NCBI GenBank assembly: GCA_964016885.1
Contig: OZ024740.1
Coordinates: forward strand, 187,922,001 to 187,986,000
DNA: 64,000 nucleotides
Direction: 5' to 3'
DNA from: Eledone cirrhosa
Taxonomy: Eukaryota
In this document: one piece after another, positions 53,530 to 64,000 of the stretch
Position numbering within the stretch: position 1 is the stretch's first letter
Layout: every line of letters starts with the position of its first letter
Position numbers and translations under genes: made by a program
The notes under the pieces: model-generated
What the model saw: only the letters and a program-made list of their open reading frames with translations
Databases searched by the model: none
Told to the model about the DNA's origin: nothing

Positions 53530-53980
53530 CACAAGCCTACCAGGGTGCTCTTGCCAAAGGCCTGAATCTTGTCCTTTCAACAACAGTGCAACACATCCGC
53601 TGTAATTTATGAAGCTGTAGTCACTTCTAACCGACCATATCAACAACAAGAGGTCAAATCCTATGTAGGTATGGCAGAGGACTGGTTTAAAGCATGCTTC
53701 CTGAATCATCTGTCAACATTTAGACACCCAGAAAAATGATCATCCAAGAAGCTTGCAAGCCACATATGGTCCCTCAAGGATGCAGGCGTAGATTACCCCC
53801 ATCTAATGTAAAGTTATAATCAAGTCTAAACCATACGGAAATGGGAATCTGTCTTGTGGGATGTACATTGAAGAAAGAATCAATATCCTGAGGAGATGCG
53901 TAATAGCGGTTGTCTAAACATGAGATATGAGTTCTACTCACGTCCCCATTTTTCAAAACATCTATTATGTAATTTTAAAG
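53530..53980 (+). mobile_element. Penelope-like element, decayed GIY-YIG endonuclease (second lineage)
   Basis: CPFQQQCNTSAVIYEAVV..KSYVGMAEDWFK..NHLSTFRH..LASHIWSLKD..LNMRYE. Confidence 0.8.
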
Positions 53981-54517
53981 CCTCAGACTGGCTATCGAAC
54001 AAAGCAATCCTTGACCAAATATCATGAAGAATCTATTGTATTCAGATCTTTTGCAGTCGCCTCCCCCGCATCGACCTAAAATTTGTTGTCTCCCGTTTGA
54101 GCATATATTATGCGCATGTCTAATTGTGTAACCATTTTCCTTTTCCATATTATCTCATTTAAACCGAGCTTATGATCCATCTGAGGTGAAACAAATTGTT
54201 CTTGGAAATGGTGAGTTAATTGTTGTGGAACTACTTCTACCAAACTCATCCTATGAACTGTGTGCTCTACTACCCACCAGTGTTCTATCAACCATTACAA
54301 AGTGTGTTCGATGCATTGTGGCATCAGCAATAGTAAGGTTCTTAAATCCTTGGCAGATTGAATGGTCCTCTCTACTCTATGTTGTCTCAGTTTGTTCACT
54401 CACAACTTTACATGGTTGCTCTCATTAAGCAGCCATATTCATACATATGTACATGTGCACACACAGACACACACATATATATATATATATAAACACAAAC
54501 ATGTTTGTATATATATA

Positions 54518-54589
<72 letters not shown>

Positions 54590-54829
54590 ATTAAGCCCAT
54601 CAAATGTAAATTTATGCAGAACCAGCCCAAATCTCTGAAACAAGACCAATGATTGTCTTAAGCCATAAACTGCACACCCAGGAAATCCAAACCAACTATA
54701 AACTTATTACCTATATTAAATTTCAGATATCATGTAGATGTACTACTTAACCTATCAGAAAGTGATCTCTGACACGTACTTGATACGTTTTTGCTGTCAT
54801 GTGCTGCATGACCTGAATGGCAGTCAGTA

Positions 54830-55165
54830 CTGTGAAGACTCGCCCTCTCAAGGAAGCCTGGGCAGGGCATTCTTCATGTGAGTTACAATCGACTGAAGCA
54901 GGTGGAGAGATTCAAGTATCTTAGGGTGGTTTTCATGAGTGATGGAAAGCAGGAGACTGAAATAAGATTCTAAGGACATGTGGTTAGAATGATTCAGGAA
55001 ATAATCACTCAACAGATTTTATGGGCAATACCAACTGGCAGGAGAGCCAGAGGTAGGCCATGAGCAAGAGTTTGGGTGGTCTCACTTGGGATCCAGCTGG
55101 ATCAATTGGAATTAGTTGCTTCTGACAGTTGTGTTTGAGTACTCTTCCCCCATGAACCTCCGAAG
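54830..55165 (+). pseudogene. RTE (Expander/REX3-like) 3' fragment
   Basis: LKQVERFKYLRVVFMSDG, PTGRRARGRP, LGIQLDQLELVASD. Confidence 0.75.
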
Positions 55166-55234
55166 AATTATATTTCCTGACTGTTAATACTCTGTGTACC
55201 ATTCACTGACATGCACCCGCTACTAATGTGGGGG

Positions 55235-55267
<33 letters not shown>

Positions 55268-55552
55268 AACATATATATGTGTGAATGTATCTCACCCACA
55301 TTATATGTATATGGATATAAATATACTTCACAAGCCACACAATTGCAACTTGTCTTGGAGATCAGTCATGCGGAAAAAGAACATAGAGGCTATAAACAAT
55401 TTTTATACTTCCTTGTAGGGCACAATCTCTCTAAAACTGGTAACATTTAACAAATACACAACACCAAAGTTGGTTGACTTTCTCTGCTGTTGTATATGCA
55501 ATATTCTATTGGCTATGATGTTTCATCTCACAGATGTTATGAAAAAACCAGG

Positions 55553-55745
55553 ACAGGGGATTTGCCGTATTGGTAGAAGGTCGAGCTCCATGCTTTGCAG
55601 CACAGAGTTACGCCCCTTTATAGTCTGAGTTCAAATCCCACTGAGGTTCACTTTGCCTTTCATCCTTACGGGTTCGATAAATAAAGTACCAGTAATATGC
55701 TGGGATAATTGCTGGCCTTGTCCCAACAGTAGAAACAGTTATTAT
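55553..55745 (+). mobile_element. SINE family A
   Basis: Consensus match. Confidence 0.85.
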
Positions 55746-56408
55746 GAAAAAACAGATATACAGATATGATGTATGTATGCTTGCTATCATAGGAAAGAAA
55801 GATTTTGCTAACACTTTTAATGAATACAAACGTGAAAGATGTATGTGAGTATATGATAATATAGTCTTCCTTTTTTTTATCAAAGTGTAGCTATTCTTAA
55901 CACATATATGCATATATGATGAAAAGAATTGTATATGTACTTAGTAATTTTATACCAATTCTGTCTGTGCAGGTTTTAAGGTAATTTTGCATTGCTCTAC
56001 TTTAATCTACTTTAATTTAAATTTGTGCTCATTATTATTCATGCTTCATTTATATCATACTAAATTAATATTTCCTTTGTATTAAGTAAATTTACATTTA
56101 ATTCAAATTCATTCATCATCATTTAATAATAATTTTGATTATAGTAACAATAAATGACAGGATTATTATAAACCACCCACTTAAAAGTTGATTGCTATAT
56201 ATGTTAGAAAAAACTATTCTCTATTTTAATTTAGGTTGGTTAAATAGAATGTTTTTATTTTATTCTAGTAAGAGAGACTTTATCTCTTTGTTACTGTGTT
56301 ACAATAAATTTTACTGCTGTATTTATCAATATTTAAATTGAGAGTTCTTATATAAAATTCCTATGAGATGATTGATGAATGGTTTAATTATCCATCAAAC
56401 GTTGTACC

Positions 56409-56453
<45 letters not shown>

Positions 56454-57544
56454 TAGATATATCACAAAGAATCATCAGGAATTTGAATTTATTAAATCAG
56501 TTAAGTAAGAATAAATTACAAAATAAATAAATGTCTTTCTAGTTTCACAGTCAAATAAAAATCATAAGGACTATTTCTATGTTCCAACCAGTTTTGTTAC
56601 TTAATCCATTAGGATTTCCGTGCCTCTTCCCTCCAAAACCGTGAGATAAAATAACTATATATTTAAACTTTGACTTCTATAAATTTCTTAGGGGTAATTC
56701 TCTAGAAATGTCTGATTTGAGAGAGTGATTTCTTAGAAGACACTATATTGTATTCTGTTTTAAAGAGATAATCAATGCAAAACCCATCGTCATGGTTATA
56801 GAATACTTGAAAATATTGTATATTAACAGATTACCAAATATGTTTGAACCATTCCATATTTCTCTTGTAATATCTCTAGTGAAGAAATTTTGAACATTAT
56901 ATGTAGATAAGAATCGATTAAACCACATCTAACTTTTTTCAGAATCTCCACTTTATACAACCTCATTGACATTGATGGAAATAGCACATAGCAACTATGC
57001 CTTTTTTTATCATATTTATTTAACACATGAAATATGGGAATAAACTGTGAGAATATTTCATTGGTTGGGAATTTTCAACTGGTAGTGTTTGCCCAAGAAC
57101 CTTAGACCGAACATGGTAAGAGCATACCAAATTTAAAGTCATAAAACAAACGAGGAGGACGTAATTACCAATCATGTTTAGAGCACATTTACTTTCTTTC
57201 AGTAGAATGGCTACAAACTTGCTACTGGAATAATGAATGTCTAGTTCTGTGCCACCCATATACAATAAATACTAATGCATGTTAACAAAGCATTTGAAAC
57301 TTTATGACACACGCCATAGACATATATATTCCTAGGTATTTTTCATTTCCCATCTGTATATATTGTGATAAACATAAATACATTTTAATTAGTATCTAAA
57401 AGAACGAGTCACTTTTAACTTTATACAATATAGATTAAAATTTATTTCTTAAATCGTTATTTAGTTGAATGGAAAATCATATATTCAACATCATTTTCTG
57501 TTCACTTTCCTTTCTGGCATGGCTTATTGAATATTTACTATCAT

Positions 57545-57940
57545 TGAATTGGCAGTATCGGTAGAGGGTTGGACACCATGCTTTCCAGCATAGTTACGTC
57601 CCTTTACAGTCTGAGTTCAAATCCCGCCGAGGTTAACTTTGCCTTTCATCCTTACGGGGTCGATAAAATAAAGTACCAGTAATGTACTGGGTAATTGCTG
57701 GCCTTGTGCCAAATGTAGAAACAATTATTAATGAGAGTTTGCGGTGGATTGGCAGTATCAGTAGAGTGTTGGACGTCATGCTTTGATGCATAGAGTTACA
57801 TCCCTTTCCATCCTGAGTTCAAATCCCGCCGAGGTCAACTTTGCCTTTCATCCTTACGGAGTCAATAAAATAAAGTACCAGTAATGCACTGGGTAATTGC
57901 TGGCCTTGTGCCAAAAGTAGAAACAATTATTAATGAGAGT
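57545..57940 (+). mobile_element. Two tandem SINE family A copies
   Basis: 57545-57729 and 57741-57931. Each is followed by aattattaatgagagttt, consistent with a TSD made by the second insertion. Confidence 0.9.
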
Positions 57941-60775
57941 TTTGCTTTATATTTCTGTATTATACTTTGCACTTATGATCTTCATTATTAAATGACGATT
58001 TGTTTCGAAGTTCTTAAAATTAAACCTTTGGTTTATCATATAATCAGTTGGTACATAACAATGTATAATGCAAATAGTATATTTATTGTAGTTTTTCAAT
58101 TTTTACTAACTATTTATCATGTACATATTAATAATTCCAAATAATCCTTTAGTATTATGTAGAGCTCATAGCTGGCTATATGTAATGACACCGTATGGCA
58201 TATCAATAGCAATCAACTTTTCTAAGATTTGTATTCAGGATTGCATGAAAATTAAACCATCATCAATGATACAGGATTTGTACTCTTATAGCAGTCTACT
58301 GTACCACTGAATGCTAATTATTTATAACTAGGTAAACTATAACCCTCAGTTATAGAAACAATATAAGTCTAGTGATAGCATATGCAATGAGATGTCTTTG
58401 GCCATAATGATGAAAACTTTTTAAGTTGTCTGCTTGAAACTTTATATTTTGATCATCACTAATTAGAGAAGGTTTTCTAAAATATCTTTTTAGAGTATTA
58501 AAGTAAGGATTTAACTAAAAAGAAAAGCCAATATAGATGCAAAGTTCATTGGTGTCCGTTAAAACAAAATAAAACTCATTCTTTAGGTAACTTTCTTGGG
58601 GCAATAAAAAATAACTTCTGTACCTCAGTTTTTTGCCTAAAAAATATGAATCAGATACTGCATTCATTCCCAATGAAAGTAATAAATAATTTCTAGTTTT
58701 TATATTTGTTTTATCGATAAGAAAAATATAGCTAAAAAGCGTATTCATAATGAATGCATTGAAAATTTCCCATTGCATCCATAGTGCTCTATATTCTCTT
58801 TGTAACATAATTTTGGTGTACTGAAACCTTGTTCAGATATTTCCTCAAGTGAGACCTTATAGAAGAATCAATTTAGAAGTAGAACTCCTCATTTTACCAT
58901 GAATAATGCATAAGCGGTGAATTTTACTTGTATTATCTTGTTTTTTTATGTTTAGTTGCTCTTTCATAGCTTACAAAGGTATTGATTATAGAAAAAAATT
59001 GTCATACTGATATTTTATGAAGTATCTGATGGAACAAATGCTAATGAAAATAAAGAAATACAGTAACAAAAGCAAAAAATTCAAGAAAAGTTTAGCTTCA
59101 AGCAAATTGTACATGGATGTTATTAGTAAAATATATTTCCCTGGATATTTTTAAGGAAATAACCAGTATTCATAGCAACCAAACAATACATCATGAATAA
59201 ATGTGAATAGTAGTTGAATTTAGTGAAAGTTTGGTAGCTGCTCTAATCTAGTTAACTTATGTTTACATCATATGTGAAGTTTATTTAAATAAATCAATAT
59301 AGGTGACTTCTTTTCTTTCTCTCTATGCAAATAGTTTGTCATGTATTTAAAATAAGTAAAGATTAAACAAAAAGTAAGATGACTAACCTCTAAACAAAAT
59401 GTTGTTGAAATCAAGAAGAAAGACATATTGACTATAAGGTTTATTCTGCCCCAATCACAACATATTTATCTCTTTGGATATATCTGTGTTTTTTTGTTGT
59501 TGTTTGTTTTTTAGGTGAAGAATCATTGTGAAATGATATCTTCAATTGCTAATGATTCTATAAAGGAATGAGCTATTTTAACTAATCTTTATTTAAGAGA
59601 GTCAGGGACCATTTCCTTAAAGGTTCAGAAATCAAATACTGTTTTTGTAAAATAATTTCTATTTTAGGCACAAGGCCAGTAATTCATGAAATATATTCAA
59701 CATAGAATGACAGTATGATTTTTTTTTTTTGATAGACTCAGAATTCTCTCCATTATCTAGATTTTTCCCACCACCAATCTATGATTTCACATCTGTTATG
59801 CAACATTTCTTATGGGCATTTATACTAAATATTTAGTTGTACCTTAATCCTTTCAATACCAAACTGCTTGAAATTATTTTTATCTACCTAAAAGCATTCA
59901 ATATATGAACCTTTAAGTTATGTTCTAAATACCTGCTGACAATATTTCTATTTTAATTAGTTACTGAAATATTTTGAGGGATTTATTAAAATCATTAATA
60001 AATAACTGACAGTAATTTAACATATTAAGATGGAAGAATTTTTTTTGTTTAAACAGAATTCCTTTAAAATAGATAGCTTGTTTTGTAAAATCTGAACCAA
60101 TTTTGGCCAGGTTGCTATTAAAAGCATTAATAACGAGAAGGTTTGTTATTTTAATAGATCCTTCCAAATCTTTGATTATTTCAAATAAAAGGTAGTGGCT
60201 TTCATTAAAAATTTGGTAAAGGTTGATAGATCCACAGAAAATGCTCCTCTAGTAATCTAGATGAATTATTTGGTTTTCCTTTTCTTTATGTCACATTGAC
60301 AAACTTAGGTTAAAAGGCTTCATGTCAGTTTAGAGAAGAATTGAACGATATGGCTTTGTGTTAGCAGAGCTACAACATAATTCCAGATAAGTTTCAGAAT
60401 TGAGTATCTGATAGAACTTTCTTTTCTAGGGTCACTTCAGTAATATATATGCATTTTCTTTTGATAGCACATGAAATGAGACGACATGAATTCTATTCGA
60501 AATCAACTGTTTTGTAAATTGAAACATGACTAGTTGGAAAATAGAAATAGGGTTTCTTTGGGTTAAAATATTCTTTTATTCTTGTTACTAATTTTAATGA
60601 TAAAACGGAAGCCATACTAGAGTACTGCCTTCATTTTGTTGATCATATTCACACCCAGTGCTTTTTTTTTATCAATCTCTATTTTGATGATCTGCTAGGT
60701 TGCAGGAAATAAACACAGGTGCAGATTAAAATGTAAACATAAACACATTATGTATGAATGTATGTATGCATATGC

Positions 60776-60806
<31 letters not shown>

Positions 60807-60807
<1 letters not shown>

Positions 60808-61336
60808 TAATTTATTATAAAATAACAGGAGGCTGCACTGGTGTAAATCCTTGAAAGGTTTATTATACTATGATCATTTCAATGACTGGGTTCAGTGTGA
60901 ATCCGGTGACATCATCAGTTACTCAAAATATAACAAAGGAATATAACAGATAACAGTGGACTAAATAATCAACACTTGAGGGCGGCTGACAGAGGTAGAA
61001 GTGGCTAAATAGTCGGTCGTCCTCTTGTCTCTGATTTTCAGCCCCATGGATTTTATCTGTTATATTACTTTGTTATATTTTGAGTACCTGATGATATCAC
61101 CGGATTCACACTGAACCCTGTCATTGAAATGATCATAGTATAATAAACGTTTCAAGGATTTACACCAGTCCAGCCTCCTGTTATTTTATAATAATTAACT
61201 GCGTATTCGCACCATCAACTACACAAACGAAGACGGGTGAGTTGCATTACGTTGAGTGCTCTCCATAGTATTACATCGAGGTTGACCATACATAATGACC
61301 AGTTCTATCCAGTGGTGAACCAACAAACCTAAATAA

Positions 61337-61340
<4 letters not shown>
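60807..61340. mobile_element. Inverted-repeat element with a hammerhead-like motif in each arm
   Basis: Arms 60807-60953 and 61053-61198. guac-CUGAUGA-..-GAAA-ugauca-UA/guau at 61084-61141 (+), mirror copy at 60865-60922 (-). (TA)n on both sides. Confidence 0.75.
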
Positions 61341-61393
<53 letters not shown>

Positions 61394-61409
61394 CACACGC
61401 ACACACAAC

Positions 61410-61522
61410 TTACTGTAGTTTCCATCAACTAAATTCTACTTACAAGTCATTAGACAAACTGAGGTTATAGTAGAAGAAATTTCTTCAATATAGGGCCAGT
61501 GGGACTGAACCCCAAACCACGT
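61410..61522 (-). mobile_element. Old tRNA-derived SINE fragment
   Basis: Minus strand ggttcagtcccactg..tcttctactataacctc..gatggaaact resembles a common octopus SINE as I recall it. Confidence 0.5.
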
Positions 61523-61824
61523 TTTCTGTAAATTTCTACTCTAATATAAATATAAGTATATATTAAATAGCAAATACGAATTTCAACACTGATATACATG
61601 AAATAAAGTATAATAATTTCTTCAACTGCAATATTAATATTATTGATCTGTCTATACGTAAAACAAGCATGGGACCCATTTGTTGTTAGAAAGATAGAAA
61701 GATAAACATTTTCTAATAAGATGGACTAACTTTGGAATAGCTGCTGTCAACAAGGGCTTGACACTAAATAATTAATCCAGAAAATTTAGAAATTTATGAA
61801 AGTTATTAGTTGTTGCTCAATTAG

Positions 61825-62052
61825 AGGTGTGTGGCCTAGTAGTATGGTTGTTGGACTTATAATCAGTATTTTGTGGGTTTGATACCTGTACTGGGTTGCA
61901 TGTTTTGTTCTTGAGCAAAACACTTCATGTCATTTGGCTCAAGTATACTTAGGTGAAAATGAGTATCAGCAATAGCTGGGAGTTTAAACCTGCAATGGAA
62001 AGTAGGATAAGCACTGGTCTGATGAGCCTCAGGGGTCGTGACAGACTTAAGA
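61825..62052 (+). mobile_element. SINE family C
   Basis: tggcctagtagtatggt head, ttcttgagcaaaacactt, and ctgatgagcctc tail. Confidence 0.7.
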
Positions 62053-62179
62053 CATTTTTCCAGCTATCTAGAATGTAACATATTATTAAAATACTTTGGT
62101 CTATATTTAATACTTTTAAATATTTATTTGATGAAGTAGTCATGCTTTTCAGGGATTGAATTTTTATTTGATTTCATGT

Positions 62180-62435
62180 TTGTGTTAAATACTATATATA
62201 GATCAGATAGTTGTTCCAGGTAGAGTCACTGCTTCCACGAATTATGGTTAGAATGTCACAGGAAATAATCGCTGGTCAGATTTTGTGTATAACCAGCCAT
62301 CAGCAGTCTCAAGAGTTGACACCCAGAAAGTTGGTTGGATAATATCCATGAGCTCAGCTGGCCTTTCTTGGAGATCCAGCCAGATCAATTGGAGATGGTT
62401 GCTTCTGACAATAATGAAGAACATGGGATACAGGA
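62180..62435 (+). pseudogene. RTE (Expander-like) 3' fragment
   Basis: SWLDNIHELSWPFLEIQPDQLEMVASD, homologous to 55020-55130. Confidence 0.7.
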
Positions 62436-64000
62436 AATATTTGAAATACAAACTAATTTGAGGAAAAATCTTTAATTCATGTATATTATAGAGATATTTG
62501 CAATAACCTTTTAGCTTCCTCTTTGTACCAGCTATTATATTGCACTCAAAATTCACTTGTATGTTCAGTTATGTCTTCAAGTCAAATAAGAGATGATACA
62601 AACATAATAGTGCTAATATCACCAAATAATTTTGAACAGAATAACGTGTTGTTTTCTAATAACAACCCAAATTTAAACAAATATGTTGCAGTTGTCTGAA
62701 TATTCTTTGTATTCCTTTCTTTAAAAATAGTATTTATTTTATCGAAAGCATTATTAAAAGTCAAGTGTTAAATGTCTGTGATTATTTTTAATCAATTGAT
62801 TCAATGAATATAATAATTATCAAAAGTTGAATTAATTAATTTAAAGGTCAAGATTGAAATGTTTTGAAAGTATTAACTTATTTTATTTCACATTTATGAT
62901 TTTTGATAATTATAGAAACTAAAGATAGGAAATAGTAAACTTTGCTGCAATTATGTTCCTAATCTCTACCACCTGTTGAGGAAGATAACATTAATTAACT
63001 TTCAATCAATTTTTAGAGATTCTTCTTCTGAGATCAACTCATGCAAATGCCATAATTTCTGTATCATCTATGTTGGTCTGCTAACTAGGCATTGGGAGAA
63101 ATGATATAACGTGCATAAAACTCAGTAAATATAGATATATAAGAGCACTAGCTAAAGCATAGGACCTGCTGAAAACTAGCTCTAATACTATGAGAATTAA
63201 CTAATTTTAAAGGATTTCTATTTTAAATTAAAATCTAAAATGATTTTATATCAGTTAAGTAATTATATCAGCAATGAAATAATAAATAAACTTAGTAAAT
63301 CTCATTAATTTATTCAAATAGTGCTTAAATTTGGAATGCGGTCGTGAAAGAGATAGTCTTCCTCTTAATATTGTGTTTGTAGATCTGGACAACCCAGAAG
63401 AAAACCCATGACTTTTGAAGTTAAATTAGTGTAAGCATCTGAAATTTACATTGAAAGCTCATACAACATCTGCATTGATTACAAAATTAATATCTGTCAT
63501 ATTAAAGCAATTAATTAAAAATAGTCAGTTATATATCACTTGAGTTTTAAAGATGTTCATAAAATAAATAGGCCATGCCAGGTGTATCACCATATCATAA
63601 CTTCTGAAGGGCAGGTGATGGGATATTAAACATGGGCACTACACAGCCCATGTTATTATTGTCTTGAACAAAACAGATTCTTAATGTTCCTCATACCAAT
63701 TCTGCCATTCAATAGAATTGGTATTTAATTGTGCAAGGGAATTATTTTTGTAAATATTTGAATCTTTGATTTGTGAGCTTGTACATCAATTTATCTTCCA
63801 TTTCCATATTTTATTTCTTCCGAGTCTTTGTGCATGCATGTGTTCATATACACAAACACACACATTAAAGATAAGCTTTTTTTTTTGTAAGATTTATGTT
63901 CATGTGCATGGGTGTGTGATATCACACATATACAGTAAACAGATTTAAGCTTTATCAAGGACAATTGTTTTTCTATGACAATATATACAAACAACCATTT

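Noticed and set aside
56740-59000. Possible host exons in unique AT-rich sequence
   Set aside because: No recognisable protein motifs or consistent splice phase by eye. Small exons cannot be excluded without RNA-seq.
62248-62556. 102-aa minus-strand ORF as a host exon
   Set aside because: The plus strand explains it as an RTE 3' fragment homologous to 55020-55130.

Overview
AT-rich animal genomic DNA. The SINE, RTE, Penelope and (TA)n content looks most like a coleoid cephalopod (octopus-type) intron or intergenic region; this is an inference from repeat content. I found no convincing host protein-coding gene. Almost all listed ORFs are microsatellite artefacts or decayed retroelement fragments: RTE, Tx1/L1, R4/Dong, CRE, CR1, Vingi-like and Penelope GIY-YIG, plus one full-length DD37D/maT transposon. 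The main finding is a near-perfect head-to-tail array of a 591-bp non-coding unit (3.5 copies, 1633-3691). Each unit carries, on the minus strand, a type I hammerhead ribozyme with the uncommon compensatory U3-A8 core (UUGAUAA...GAAA...GUC) and a palindromic stem III. This is the architecture of a retrozyme, a retroelement that moves through a circular RNA. At least four other unrelated small elements carry hammerhead or hammerhead-like motifs, often in inverted-repeat form and mostly inside or beside (TA)n tracts. Two Penelope endonuclease remnants in the window point to the class of element that could mobilise them. Coordinates of decayed elements are approximate.
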